32,000 bases of DNA from Mucisphaera calidilacus (GCF_007748075.1 NZ_CP036280.1:2040001-2072000); one strand, 5' to 3'. Counted from the stretch's first letter, positions 1-11,299 are shown. The notes: generated from the sequence alone by a model not told the origin. Translations and numbers: made by a program.

Positions 1-52
1 CCCCCGCGAGCCGTCCAGAAAAAATCCCCCAGCTTGACACCGGGCTAAACCA

Positions 53-565
53 TCACCCGTGATCCCGGATCGCCGCCAGCACCGCCTCCGCGTGACCCGG
101 CACCTTCACCTTGTCCCAGCGGGCCGCAACCTTCCCGTCCGGACCGATCAGGTACGTCGTCCGCACCACCCCCGCGTACTTCTTCCCGTACATGCTCTTC
201 TCCTGCCACACCCCGTACTTGGCACACACCGACGCATCCGGGTCAGCCAGCAGCGTGAAGTTCAGTTCATGCTTCGCCACGAACTTCGCGTGCGACCGCT
301 CATCATCAGGACTCACGCCCAGAACCACCGCATCCGCTTTCGTGAAGTCAGGCAGACCGTCGCGGAACTGGCACGCCTCCTTCGTGCACCCCGGCGTGTC
401 ATCCTTCGGATAGAAGTAAAGCACCACCCACCGGCCCGCATAGTCGGTCAACTTGTGCGTCGCGCCCGCCTGGTCCTTCATCGTGAACGCCCGCGCCTTC
501 TTGCCCACCTCCGTCAGCGGCCGGGTCTCATCCACCGATACACGCTCTGCCGTTGCCTTCGCCAT
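53..565 (-). CDS. bcp: Thiol peroxidase / peroxiredoxin Bcp (thioredoxin-dependent)
   Basis: 170-aa ORF with the peroxiredoxin active-site block VVLYFYPKDDTPGCTKEACQFRD (PxxxTxxC with a resolving Cys five residues on). Length and overall pattern are typical of Bcp/PrxQ. Confidence 0.92.
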   Translation of the reverse strand: MAKATAERVSVDETRPLTEVGKKARAFTMKDQAGATHKLTDYAGRWVVLYFYPKDDTPGCTKEACQFRDGLPDFTKADAVVLGVSPDDERSHAKFVAKHELNFTLLADPDASVCAKYGVWQEKSMYGKKYAGVVRTTYLIGPDGKVAARWDKVKVPGHAEAVLAAIRDHG

Positions 566-603
566 GTTTCATCTCCTGATTAAGTTCACTCGATAGTAGA
601 CTG

Positions 604-1347
604 ATGGACATGAGACGACACAGCACCCTCCGCGGAACTTCGCCACGCCCCGGCTTCACCCTCATCGAACTCCTGGTCGTCATCTCCATCATCGCGCTGC
701 TCATCGGCATCCTCCTCCCGGCACTCTCCGCCGCTCGCAACGCCGCACGCGACATCATCTGCGGCTCAAACACCCGCCAGATCAGCACCGCCATGCGCGC
801 CTACCTCAACGACTTCCGCGACACCTACTTCTGGCGCGACACCGCCAACATCAGCGAAAACGGCATGGACTGGTACGTCTACGGCGGACGCGAATCCGGA
901 AACCATCACACCGGACAGGCCGGTCTCTTCAACCGACTCCAGCCACGACCCCTCAACCCCTACGTCGGCGGCTCCGTCGAAATCTTCCGATGCCCCTTCG
1001 ACTCCGACCCCGTCGACTGGGCCACATGGGGCAACGAGATCTACACCCACCACGACCTCGTCGGCACCTCCTACAACTTCAACGCCACCGGCAGACCCAA
1101 CACCCACAACGTCAACGCCCTCTACGGGCTCGCCGGACGAACCGATCCCTCCCTGCCCAGACCCACGAAAACACCCCTCTTCTTCGACGCCTCCGGAGCC
1201 AAAGCACCCGCCGGCCAAGAGATCTGGCACCGCGACGGCAAGCTCTACATGGCCTTCGCCGACAACCACGTCGCCTACCAGACCATGCCCCAGCCCAACG
1301 ACACCGCCGTCGACTGGGCCGCACCACCCGCCGGCTGGACACCCTGA
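604..1347 (+). CDS. Prepilin-type N-terminal cleavage/methylation domain protein (DUF1559 / H-X9-DG-like family)
   Basis: N-terminus [31 protein letters not shown] is a class III (type IV pilin-like) signal, G|FTLIELL. The C-terminal block [17 protein letters not shown] resembles the H-X9-DG prepilin-associated family. Start could be ATG 604 or 610. Confidence 0.85.
   Translation: MDMRRHSTLRGTSPRPGFTLIELLVVISIIALLIGILLPALSAARNAARDIICGSNTRQISTAMRAYLNDFRDTYFWRDTANISENGMDWYVYGGRESGNHHTGQAGLFNRLQPRPLNPYVGGSVEIFRCPFDSDPVDWATWGNEIYTHHDLVGTSYNFNATGRPNTHNVNALYGLAGRTDPSLPRPTKTPLFFDASGAKAPAGQEIWHRDGKLYMAFADNHVAYQTMPQPNDTAVDWAAPPAGWTP
652..734 (+). repeat. 83-nt copy A of the conserved prepilin-leader coding segment (paralog repeat)
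   Basis: Identical to 11339..11421 except for 4 synonymous third-position differences (gtc/gtg, tcc/tcg, gcg/gcc, ccg/ccc). Encodes [28 protein letters not shown]. Confidence 0.85.
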
Positions 1348-1475
1348 TTCCTCACAAGACCCGAACCCTCAACGTCCGCCCAGCGTTATACTGACGACCC
1401 CCGTCGGGAGGGGATCAAGTAGCCGCCATCAATCATCGATGGAACGGTTATCCGAAACCGCACAAGCCCTTATAG

Positions 1476-2552
<1,077 letters not shown>

Positions 2553-2574
2553 GCAACACCCACCGGAGCACCCC

Positions 2575-3609
2575 ATGCGCATCGGGTACCTCCTGCCCTC
2601 CTCCATCTCCCTCTCCGGGCCAGGCAACGGAATCCGTGCCGAGGTCCTCTTCCGCGCCGAAGCCCTCCAGAAACAGGGACACGACATCGTCCGCGTCGAG
2701 CCCTGGGACCTCACCAACCTCGAAGAACTCGACGTCCTCCACTTCATGGTCGGCGGGTTCGGAACCCATGGCATCGAGAACCGCCCCAGCTACCCCGCCA
2801 AGTTCCTCGTCTGGGGACCCATCATCGACACCAACGAACCGATGTGGCGATACCGACTCGCCGCCGCCGCCGGCTCCCTCCTCCCCAAATTCTTCACCAT
2901 CCCGGGCGTCTTCCGCGCCCAGGCACAGGCCGCCGACCTCGTCATCGTCCGCTCCACCCACGAACACCAACGCGTCACCGCCGGCCTGGGCATCGACCCC
3001 GCCAAAGTCGAGATCGTCCTCGGCGGCGTCAACCCGCCCCCGCCCGTCGATCCCGACCTCGTACGCCAGCGATTCGACCTCCCCGACGAGTTCGCACTCC
3101 ACGTCAGCAAGTTCACCCAGGGACGCAAGAACGTCCTCAACCTCATCGAGGCCATCCTCCCGACCAAAATCCCCCTCGTCATCGCAGGCTCACGAACGCC
3201 CGGCCCCGTCCTCGACCGCATCGAGCAGCTCGCCAAAGAACACCCCGACCAGATCAAGATCCTCGGCTTCCTCCAACGCGAGGAACTCGACGCCCTCTAC
3301 GCAGCCTGCCGAATCTTCTGCCTCCCCAGCACACACGAAGGCATCGGACTCGTCGCGCTCGAAGCCGCCGCGCTCGGCGCAGGCGTCGTCATCACACGCC
3401 ACGGCGGACCACCCGACTACTTCACCGACCTCGCTCGCTACACCTCGCCCGGCAACGTCGACGAGATCCGCAACGCCATCCAGCAGGCCTGGGACGACCC
3501 CAGAGGCGAACAACTCCGCGATCACGTCCTCACCAACCTCACCTGGGATCAACACGCCACCAACATCGCCGACACCTACGCCAAACACCGCTCCCGACTC
3601 GGCCTCTGA
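2575..3609 (+). CDS. Glycosyltransferase, GT-B fold (GT1/GT4 family)
   Basis: C-terminal donor-binding block CLPSTHEGIGLVALEAAALGAGVVITRHGGPPDYF (EX7E-type). GGAG lies 8 nt upstream of the ATG. Sits 22 nt downstream of gmd, so probably co-transcribed. Confidence 0.8.
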   Translation: MRIGYLLPSSISLSGPGNGIRAEVLFRAEALQKQGHDIVRVEPWDLTNLEELDVLHFMVGGFGTHGIENRPSYPAKFLVWGPIIDTNEPMWRYRLAAAAGSLLPKFFTIPGVFRAQAQAADLVIVRSTHEHQRVTAGLGIDPAKVEIVLGGVNPPPPVDPDLVRQRFDLPDEFALHVSKFTQGRKNVLNLIEAILPTKIPLVIAGSRTPGPVLDRIEQLAKEHPDQIKILGFLQREELDALYAACRIFCLPSTHEGIGLVALEAAALGAGVVITRHGGPPDYFTDLARYTSPGNVDEIRNAIQQAWDDPRGEQLRDHVLTNLTWDQHATNIADTYAKHRSRLGL

Positions 3610-3864
3610 ACCTCACAACCCGCGCCCCGAAGATTTCATAGCTTCTATAACGATGATTTTCTTCGGATTTATGGCTTGCGGTTTCTCAAGCACACGTTAT
3701 CATCCCCTCGATATGAGCCACATGCCCGGCACATCCAAACGCAAACACAAACGCGCTTGACGTCTCAGCCGCTCCCCGCGGCCCCACCCTCCCCTCGGGC
3801 ATAACCCCCAACAACCCAGAACCACCCACGGACCCACACCGTCCGCTCCACCAGGAGACGCATC

Positions 3865-4584
3865 GTGCGTACACCATCCCGATATCTCGTCCTCGGCGCA
3901 GGTCGAACCGGCGGACACCTCCCCCACTTCTTTCCCGAAGACACCCAACTCGACATCGTCACCTCCACCAACCCGATCACCGACGACGCCCTCCACAACG
4001 CCGCCGCAGCCATCGTCTTCCTGCCCACCGTCGTCATGCAGGACATGATCGACACCCTCATCGACGCCCGAATCCCCGCCGTCATCGGCACCACCGCCGT
4101 CCGATGGCCACGCGACCTCAACCAGCGACTCGTCGACGCCCGAACGCCCTGGATCCTCGGCAGCAACTTCTCCCTCGGCATGAACCTCCTCGTCTCCATC
4201 GCCAGCTTCCTCGGCGACACACTCCGAACCGCACCCGAAGCCTTCGCCAACACCACACTCGACATCCACGAAGTCCACCACACCCACAAACAGGACAAGC
4301 CCTCAGGCTCCGCCGTCACCCTCCACGACGCCCTCGGCAGCCTCGACACACCCGTACCCATCACCGCCGAACGCACCGGCGACGTCGCCGGAAGACACAC
4401 ACTCAACCTCAACCTCCCCCACGAAACACTCTCACTCACCCACGACGTCCGCGACCGATCCGTCTTCGCTCAGGGCGCCGCTTGGGCCGCACAACACCTG
4501 CTCCCCGAACTCGAACCCGGCCTCCACCACTTCCAACAACAACTCCAGAACCATCTGAGGAACCAACGCCATGACACCGCATGA
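3865..4584 (+). CDS. dapB: 4-hydroxy-tetrahydrodipicolinate reductase
   Basis: NAD(P) fold LVLGAGRTG, the blocks IGTTAV and GSNFSLGMNLL, and the DapB signature EVHHTHKQDKPSGSA (E-x-HH-x-x-K-x-D-x-PSG-x-A). GTG start preceded by aggaga. Confidence 0.86.
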   Translation: MRTPSRYLVLGAGRTGGHLPHFFPEDTQLDIVTSTNPITDDALHNAAAAIVFLPTVVMQDMIDTLIDARIPAVIGTTAVRWPRDLNQRLVDARTPWILGSNFSLGMNLLVSIASFLGDTLRTAPEAFANTTLDIHEVHHTHKQDKPSGSAVTLHDALGSLDTPVPITAERTGDVAGRHTLNLNLPHETLSLTHDVRDRSVFAQGAAWAAQHLLPELEPGLHHFQQQLQNHLRNQRHDTA

Positions 4585-5455
4585 AACCATCGTCTGGACA
4601 GCCTGCGTCACACCCCTCTCCGACAACGCCGAAACCGTCGACTTCGGCAGCTTCGAGCGAACCCTCCGCCGACAGGAAGCCGCCGGCAACGGCATCCTCC
4701 TCATCGGCACCACCGGCGAGGGAGCCTCCCTCACCAGCCCCGAGAAGCGCGGCATCATCACATGGGCCACCGGCCTCAACCTCAGCGTGCCCATCATGGT
4801 CGGCGTACCCGCCTACCAGTACGCCGACACACTCGACTGCGTCCAGTGGCTCTACGACACCTCCGTCGACGCGCTCCTCGTCCCCACACCCTGCTACACC
4901 AAGCCCGGGCGACGCGGACAGCACGACTGGTTCCGAAGCATGCTCGACGCCGCCGGAAGACCCTGCATGCTTTACAACGTCCCCTCACGCACGGGCGTCC
5001 CCCTGCCCCCCGAAACCGTCAGCGACCTCGCCGGACACCCCAACCTCTGGTCCATCAAGGAAGCCTCCGGCAGCATCGAACGCTACGAGGAATTCATGCA
5101 GACAGGCGTCACCCTCTACTCCGGCAACGACGACATGATGCCCCAACTCGGCCAACGCGGCGCCGCCGGACTCGTCTCCGTCGCCTCCAACCTCTGGCCC
5201 GATGAAACCAACGCCTACGCACGTCACTGCATCGACCAAACCCTCACGACCGACCAGCAAAGCCTCTGGTCACGCGCCATCACCGAACTCTTCCGCGCCT
5301 CCAACCCCGTCCCCGCCAAGCGCGCCATGCACGCACTCGGACTCATCGACACGCCCTGCCTCCGACCACCCCTCCACCCCGAAGACCTCGACGACCTCCA
5401 GCCCCTCCTCGACCTCGCCAACCAGATCCGACAGGAAAACACCGTTGCAGCTTGA
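4571..5455 (+). CDS. dapA: 4-hydroxy-tetrahydrodipicolinate synthase
   Basis: Motifs GTTGEGASLT, YNVPSRTG and the Schiff-base lysine context IKEASG. Overlaps the dapB 3' end by 14 nt. Confidence 0.92.
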   Translation: MTPHETIVWTACVTPLSDNAETVDFGSFERTLRRQEAAGNGILLIGTTGEGASLTSPEKRGIITWATGLNLSVPIMVGVPAYQYADTLDCVQWLYDTSVDALLVPTPCYTKPGRRGQHDWFRSMLDAAGRPCMLYNVPSRTGVPLPPETVSDLAGHPNLWSIKEASGSIERYEEFMQTGVTLYSGNDDMMPQLGQRGAAGLVSVASNLWPDETNAYARHCIDQTLTTDQQSLWSRAITELFRASNPVPAKRAMHALGLIDTPCLRPPLHPEDLDDLQPLLDLANQIRQENTVAA

Positions 5456-6194
5456 CGAACTCACCAACGACCGGTTCCTGCGCCAGCTCGAAGACGGATC
5501 CCTACGCGTCGCCAGCCCCGACGACCAGGGCAATTGGCACGTCCATCAGGACGTCAAACAACGCATCCTCACCGTCTTCAAAACCTCCGGCCTCACCTCC
5601 TTCGCCAACGGCTCCGTCGACAAGGCCGCGCTCGCCCCGCGCCACTTCAACACCGCCGACGGCGTGCGACTCATCCCCGGCGGATCCGCGATCCGCGCCG
5701 GCGCCTGCGTCCAAACAGGCGTCGTCGTCTGCCCGCCCGCGTGGATCAACACCGGCGCCTACGTCGACGTAGACACCATGATCGACTCCCACGCACTCGT
5801 CGGATCCTGCGCCCAGGTCGGCAAACGCGTCCACCTCTCCGCCGGCGCACAGCTCGGCGGCGTCCTCGAACCCATCGGCAACCGGCCCGTCATCATCGAA
5901 GACGACGTCTTCATCGGAACACAGGCCGCCGTCGTCGAAGGCGTCATCATCCGCAGAAACGCCGTCATCGCCCCGGGCGTCCTCCTCTCCGCCTCCGTCA
6001 CCATCTACGACACCGTCAACCACACCACACACACAGGCGAAGTCCCGCAGAACGCCGTCGTCGTCCCAGGATCACGACCCGCCCGAGGCGAATACGCCCA
6101 GCAGAACAACCTCCAACTCAACTGCCCCGTCATCGTTAAATACCGCGACCACAACACCGACGCCGCCACCCAACTCGAACAAGCCCTCCGCTGA
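5445..6194 (+). CDS. dapD: 2,3,4,5-tetrahydropyridine-2,6-dicarboxylate N-succinyltransferase
   Basis: The N-terminal block GSLRVASPDDQGNWHVHQDVKQRILTVF parallels E. coli DapD [27 protein letters not shown]. It is followed by left-handed beta-helix hexapeptide repeats (IGTQAAVVEGVIIRRNAVIAPGVLL). No in-frame ATG or GTG is available after dapA, so TTG at 5445 (overlapping the dapA stop) is the inferred start; the 5' end is uncertain. Confidence 0.85.
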   Translation: MQLDELTNDRFLRQLEDGSLRVASPDDQGNWHVHQDVKQRILTVFKTSGLTSFANGSVDKAALAPRHFNTADGVRLIPGGSAIRAGACVQTGVVVCPPAWINTGAYVDVDTMIDSHALVGSCAQVGKRVHLSAGAQLGGVLEPIGNRPVIIEDDVFIGTQAAVVEGVIIRRNAVIAPGVLLSASVTIYDTVNHTTHTGEVPQNAVVVPGSRPARGEYAQQNNLQLNCPVIVKYRDHNTDAATQLEQALR

Positions 6195-6349
6195 CACCAC
6201 CCCGGACCACAGCCTCTATCCCACGAGACCCCAGCGCGAGCTCCACCCCTCCGGGTAGCACACCGCAACCGACACCCAGAGCGGTTCCTCGGTGAATCCC
6301 TTCCCCAACCAGTCACATCCACACACGCCTTGTCCCAACACCCGCGATC

Positions 6350-8200
6350 ATGGTACGATCGCGTATGCCCCACTCCAACGACACCACACCGTCGCTGCTC
6401 CACGAAGCCGGACAGCAATCCCACCAATCCGAATTCTTCAACCCCGTCCCCGACGGGTACGTCCGCGGACGACACAAGTACCTCGTCGTCCTCGGCACCG
6501 TCATGTCCGGCCTCGGCAAGGGCATCTTCTCCTCCTCACTCACCAAGCTCCTCAAGGACAAGGGGCTCACCATCGCACCCCTCAAAATGGAGGGGTACCT
6601 CAACATCGACTCCGGGACCCTCAACCCATACCGGCACGGCGAGGTCTTCGTCCTCGACGACGGCATGGAAACCGACATGGACCTCGGAACCTACGAACGC
6701 CTCCTCGACCAGAACCTGACCCGCGACAACTACACCACCTCAGGGCAGATCTACCGACGTGTCCTCGACAAGGAACGCCACGGCGGATACCTCGGCCGAG
6801 ACGTCCAGATGATCCCCCACGTCACCGGCGAAGTGAAAATGATGGTCCGCCAGCTCGCCATGAAGCAGAACGCCGACCTCGTCTGCATAGAAGTCGGTGG
6901 CACCGTAGGCGACCACGAAAACGCCTTCTACATCGAGGCCATGCGCCAGCTCGCCTTCGAAGAAGGCCCCGGATCCGTCGCCTTCGTCGCCCTCACCTAC
7001 GTCATCGAGCCGCCCGCCCTTGGCGAACAGAAGTCCAAGGCCGCGCAACTCGGCCTCAAAAAACTCATGGAGGCCGGCATCCAGCCGCACATCGTCGCCG
7101 TCCGATGCCAGAGCCCCGTCGAAGCATCCGCACGCGAGAAGATCGCCATGTTCTCCAACGTGCCCCTCAACCGCGTCTTCTCCATGCACGACCGCGAGTC
7201 CGTCTACACCATCCCCGAAGACCTCCGCAAGACCGGCATGGACCGCGAAGTCCTCTCCCTCCTCGACCTCCACGGCCGCGTCAACCAGGTCCACGAAGAC
7301 GAGGAACGCGAACGCTGGCGCAAGTTCGTCGCCGACATCAAACGCAAACGCGCCCACAAGGTCACCATCGGACTCACCGGCAAGTACGCCTCCCTCCGCG
7401 ACGCCTACGCCTCCATCGACAAGGCCATCGAACACGCCGCCGCCCGACTCCACGCACAGGTCAACATCGAGTGGATCGACACCACCAAACTCACACCCGA
7501 GCAGGTCCCCGACCGACTCGCCAGCATGGACGCCGTCATCGTCCCGGGTGGCTTCGGCGTCCGGGGCACCGAAGCCAAGATCGCCTGCGTCCGACACTGC
7601 CGCGAAACCGGACTCCCCTACCTCGGCATCTGCCTCGGCTTCCAGATGGCCGTCATCGACTACGCTCGCTACGTCTGCAACATCAACGGAGCCTCCTCCA
7701 CCGAATTCGACCCCCAGGCACCCCACCCCGTCATCGACATCCTCCCCGAACAGAAGAAAATCGAGGGCCTCGGCGGCAACATGAGACTCGGCGGCAAGGA
7801 CGTCCTCATCAAACCCGACACCCTCGCCGCACACCTCTTCGGCAACCCCGCCAAACCGGCCACCGAACCCTTCACCATCCGACAACGCTTCCGACACCGC
7901 TTCGAGGTCGACCCGCGACACATCGAAACCCTCGAAGCCAGCGGACTCGTCTTCTCCGGCCGACACCCCGAACACCCCATCATGCAGATCCTCGAACTCC
8001 CCCCCGACAAGCACCCCTTCTTCATCGGCGCCCAGTTCCACCCCGAACTCACCTCACGCCCCCTCCGACCCCAACCCATGTTCATGGGGCTTATGGCCGC
8101 CGCCATCCAGCACGCCAACCCCGAAGCCGAACCCGAACCCACCCGAGATCGCTGGCTTGCCCAGTGTGAAACCCCCCAGAATACCCAGGTTCCCGCCTGA
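6350..8200 (+). CDS. pyrG: CTP synthase (glutamine-hydrolysing)
   Basis: Synthase domain KYLVVLGTVMSGLGKGIFSSSLTKLLK and NIDSGTLNPYRHGEVFVLDDGMETDMDLGTYERLL. GATase domain with GICLGFQ and RHRFEVD. Start is ATG 6350 or 6365; either leaves a 33-38 aa N-terminal extension over canonical PyrG. Confidence 0.93.
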   Translation: MVRSRMPHSNDTTPSLLHEAGQQSHQSEFFNPVPDGYVRGRHKYLVVLGTVMSGLGKGIFSSSLTKLLKDKGLTIAPLKMEGYLNIDSGTLNPYRHGEVFVLDDGMETDMDLGTYERLLDQNLTRDNYTTSGQIYRRVLDKERHGGYLGRDVQMIPHVTGEVKMMVRQLAMKQNADLVCIEVGGTVGDHENAFYIEAMRQLAFEEGPGSVAFVALTYVIEPPALGEQKSKAAQLGLKKLMEAGIQPHIVAVRCQSPVEASAREKIAMFSNVPLNRVFSMHDRESVYTIPEDLRKTGMDREVLSLLDLHGRVNQVHEDEERERWRKFVADIKRKRAHKVTIGLTGKYASLRDAYASIDKAIEHAAARLHAQVNIEWIDTTKLTPEQVPDRLASMDAVIVPGGFGVRGTEAKIACVRHCRETGLPYLGICLGFQMAVIDYARYVCNINGASSTEFDPQAPHPVIDILPEQKKIEGLGGNMRLGGKDVLIKPDTLAAHLFGNPAKPATEPFTIRQRFRHRFEVDPRHIETLEASGLVFSGRHPEHPIMQILELPPDKHPFFIGAQFHPELTSRPLRPQPMFMGLMAAAIQHANPEAEPEPTRDRWLAQCETPQNTQVPA

Positions 8201-8422
8201 ACCCTCCCTTACACCATAAAGCCATACATCACGGGATTTATAAGATTTCACTTGCCTCAACCCCACGCCAGCGCATGATTAACCTGTGCGCGGCGACGCC
8301 GCCACGACGCTTGGGGCTTCGGCAACGGAACCACGAGTCTTGACCACAACGTGGTCTGGCCTGCATTTCTGTTTTTTGAACGTGTGACCACACACATCCT
8401 CTTGTTATTGGGAGAAGACCTG

Positions 8423-9277
8423 ATGAAGACTCAACTCGCCCTCGCCGCCGCTCTGGCACTCACCGGAACCGTTCACGCCAGCGTGATCTCCGACGACTTT
8501 GAAGCCGATACCTCGGCCGATTACACCGTCGTGGACACCGGCGACGTCTCCACCACCTTCGCCTTCGACTACGTCGGCGCTGGCATCCCCCTGGCACCCA
8601 ACTCGGCGCCCGGAACCACCAACGGCCTGCGCATGACCGCCAACGACACCGTCGGCGCCGCCACCGCACAGACCGCCTTCCACAACACCATCCTCACCGG
8701 CGTCCCCGGATATGTGATGACCGTTGACATCTACATGGGCGTCACCGGCACCGGCGGAACCACCGAGTTCGCTCACGTCGGCGTCGCGGGCGACGGCTCC
8801 ACCGTCAACTCACTCTTCCTGCCCATCACCGGCTCCGGCCACTTCATGGCCATGACCGGCGAAGGCGGCTCCAGCTCCGACTACCGCCACTCCAACGCCG
8901 TCACCGGGCTCACCAACACAGGCGACCCCTCCTACCTCAACTCCACCAACACCACCAACGCCACCGGCGACACCTACCAGGCCATCTTCCCTAACACCGA
9001 CTTCCCCGGATCGCCCGGCAACACCTGGACCACCCTCACCATCGATAACACCGGCAGCGTCGTCCAGTACGCCCTCGACGGTGTCCCCATCATCCTTACC
9101 GAGTCCCAGGCCGTTGACGGCTACGTCAGCCTCGGCTACGGCGACCTCTTCAGCTCCATCGCCAACCCCTTCCAGTCGCAGTTCATCGTCTACGACAACC
9201 TCAAGGTCACCGTCCCCGAGCCCGCCTCGGTCGCTCTGCTCGGCCTCGCCGGTCTCGCTCTGACCCGTCGCCACTGA
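8423..9277 (+). CDS. PEP-CTERM sorting-domain secreted protein (function unknown)
   Basis: gggaga RBS and ATG at 8423. Signal peptide MKTQLALAAALALTGTVHA. C-terminal VPEPASVALLGLAGLALTRRH has PEP motif, TM helix and basic tail. The ORF-track start at 8351 is upstream of the RBS and was rejected. Confidence 0.8.
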   Translation: MKTQLALAAALALTGTVHASVISDDFEADTSADYTVVDTGDVSTTFAFDYVGAGIPLAPNSAPGTTNGLRMTANDTVGAATAQTAFHNTILTGVPGYVMTVDIYMGVTGTGGTTEFAHVGVAGDGSTVNSLFLPITGSGHFMAMTGEGGSSSDYRHSNAVTGLTNTGDPSYLNSTNTTNATGDTYQAIFPNTDFPGSPGNTWTTLTIDNTGSVVQYALDGVPIILTESQAVDGYVSLGYGDLFSSIANPFQSQFIVYDNLKVTVPEPASVALLGLAGLALTRRH

Positions 9278-9313
9278 TCCATTCAGACGACAACACAACC
9301 TGTTGATCCATGG

Positions 9314-9347
9314 CAACCGCTGGGTTCACCCCCAGCGGTTGTTCTTT
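9314..9347 (+). terminator. Rho-independent terminator candidate after the PEP-CTERM gene
   Basis: Perfect 11-bp stem caaccgctggg / cccagcggttg, 6-nt loop, followed by the T-rich tract ttcttt. Confidence 0.55.
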
Positions 9348-9442
9348 ATCCAAAAACCGCCCCCAACCGCCCCGATCGCCCCGCTTGACGCCACCACCGA
9401 CAGCCCGCATCATCACGCTCTACCAAACACTAGGAGAGCGGG

Positions 9443-10318
9443 ATGCACCACTACAATCTCATCGCACAGGCAGCCGAAGAACCCCAGCCCACCGACGAAC
9501 CCTTCAACATCTCCCCCGAGATGATCCAGCAACTCGCCCTCGACTACGCGCCCAAGATCCTCGGCGCCCTCGCCATCATCATCATCACCCTCCTCGTCGC
9601 CGGCATCGTCGCCGGCGTCGTCCGCAGCACCATGCGACGGGCCAACACCGACGAAACCCTCACACGCTTCATCGGCAAGATGATCTGGTGGGGACTCCTC
9701 CTCCTCGGTGCCCTCACCTCGCTCACCGTCCTAGGCGTCCAGATCACCGCCTTCGCCGCCGTCCTCGCCGCCATGGGCTTCGCCATCGGCCTCGCCTTCC
9801 AGGGAACCCTCGGCAACCTCGCCTCAGGCGTCATGCTCCTCGTCTTCCGCCCCTTCAAGGTCGGTGACGTCGTCAATGTCTCAGGCACCACTGGCAAGGT
9901 CTTCGAGATCGACCTTTTCACCACACTCCTCGACACGCCCGACAACCGACGCATCATCGTCCCCAACGGCACCATCTTCGGCTCCACCATCGAGAACATC
10001 ACCCACCACCCCACAAGACGCTGTGACGTCAGCGTCGGCACCGAATACCCCGCCGACCTCGACAAGGTCCGCGAGACCCTCGAAAAAGCCGTCGCCTCCG
10101 TCGATGGCGTCCTCACAGACCCCGCCCACCAGATCTACCTCCTCGAGCTCGGCGACTCCTCCATCAACTGGGCCGTACGCGTCTGGGTCAACACACCCGA
10201 CTTCTGGGCCGTCCGCGAAAAACTCACCCGCGCCGTCAAGGTCGAACTCGACAACGCAGGCATCGGCATCCCCTACCCGCAGATGGACGTCCACCTCTTC
10301 AAACAGGACACGCCGTAA
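9443..10318 (+). CDS. Small-conductance mechanosensitive channel (MscS family)
   Basis: Three N-terminal TM helices followed by the MscS core LASGVMLLVFRPFKVGDVVNVSGTTGKVFEIDLFTTLLDTPDNRRIIVPNGTIF. aggagag RBS upstream of the ATG. Confidence 0.9.
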   Translation: MHHYNLIAQAAEEPQPTDEPFNISPEMIQQLALDYAPKILGALAIIIITLLVAGIVAGVVRSTMRRANTDETLTRFIGKMIWWGLLLLGALTSLTVLGVQITAFAAVLAAMGFAIGLAFQGTLGNLASGVMLLVFRPFKVGDVVNVSGTTGKVFEIDLFTTLLDTPDNRRIIVPNGTIFGSTIENITHHPTRRCDVSVGTEYPADLDKVRETLEKAVASVDGVLTDPAHQIYLLELGDSSINWAVRVWVNTPDFWAVREKLTRAVKVELDNAGIGIPYPQMDVHLFKQDTP

Positions 10319-10367
10319 CAACCACCCTCAACCTCCAACCGCATCAAGAACGAGAAAGACACGCCTT

Positions 10368-11135
10368 ATGTTCAAGCGTTCCCTCCTGACCGCCGCCATC
10401 CTCGCGGCCATCTCCATCCCCGCCGCAGCCCAGGAACCCGAGCCCGAACCCGACGACAAGCCCGGGCTCTTCGGCACCAGCTTCCTCGAAGGCTGGGACC
10501 GACGCTTCACCCTCGGCATCGACGGCGAAGAAAACGACTCACCCGAATTCAACTTCTTCACCCTCCTCGAACTCGACTACACCAGCGACTACCACCGCTG
10601 GAACATCGACGTCAGCTACGACTACGGCACCGAAGAACACGACCTCTCCGACAACGAATTCCTCTTCAGTGTCCTCAAGGACTGGGTCTTCCCCGACAAA
10701 ACCTTCTTCTACTGGGCGCACGGCTCCTACGAGTACGACGAATTCGACGACTACCGCCAGCGGTGGACCGGCTTCGGCGGCCTCGGCCTCAACCTCTACA
10801 AAGACGAGAAACACCTCCTCGACGGACGCGCCGGCCTCGGCATCATCAACGAGGTCGACCCCTCCGACACCCGGCCCGAGGGCGTCTTCGGCCTCGAGTA
10901 CAAGTGGAAGATCAACGACAACCAGGACTTCTTCGTCAGCAACTACGTCTTCCCCAACCTCGAAGACCTCACCCGCTACCGCAACGAAACCGTTGTCGAC
11001 TGGATCATCAAGATGGACGCCGCCGAGGGACTCAGCCTCCGCATCGGCCTCGAAAACGAATACGACATGAACGTCACCGGCGGCTCCAAACGCAACGACC
11101 TCAACTACCGCCTCGCACTCGTGATCGACTTCTAA
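10368..11135 (+). CDS. Putative outer-membrane beta-barrel protein (DUF481/YdiY-like, tentative)
   Basis: Signal peptide [22 protein letters not shown]. Alternating aromatic/polar beta-strand pattern rich in Y/W/D/N. Terminal residue is F (LALVIDF), as in many OMPs. Family assignment is from memory only. Confidence 0.55.
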   Translation: MFKRSLLTAAILAAISIPAAAQEPEPEPDDKPGLFGTSFLEGWDRRFTLGIDGEENDSPEFNFFTLLELDYTSDYHRWNIDVSYDYGTEEHDLSDNEFLFSVLKDWVFPDKTFFYWAHGSYEYDEFDDYRQRWTGFGGLGLNLYKDEKHLLDGRAGLGIINEVDPSDTRPEGVFGLEYKWKINDNQDFFVSNYVFPNLEDLTRYRNETVVDWIIKMDAAEGLSLRIGLENEYDMNVTGGSKRNDLNYRLALVIDF

Positions 11136-11165
11136 ATCACATTCAACACAGCAGTTACCCCAAAC

Positions 11166-11194
11166 AGCCCGCGCCCTCAAGCGTGGGCTTTTTC
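11166..11194 (+). terminator. Rho-independent terminator candidate
   Basis: 9-bp stem agcccgcgc / gcgtgggct with one G-U pair, 6-nt loop, then ttttt. Lies 30 nt after the stop codon of the beta-barrel gene. Confidence 0.55.
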
Positions 11195-11299
11195 ACGACG
11201 CAACCCAACCAGTCGCCTTGCCCTGCGCTCAATACAGGGCATAGTAAAACAGGGAAGAAAACCGCCCACACCCCGGTTCTAAACTGTGTCGAGGTGATC

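Noticed and set aside
3713-3760. Tiny basic ORF MSHMPGTSKRKHKRA upstream of dapB, considered as a possible Lys-codon leader peptide; also looked for an L-box lysine riboswitch in 3610..3864.
   Set aside because: No RBS and no terminator/antiterminator pair. No L-box-like conserved helices were recognised. The ORF is just the tail of a spurious long frame.
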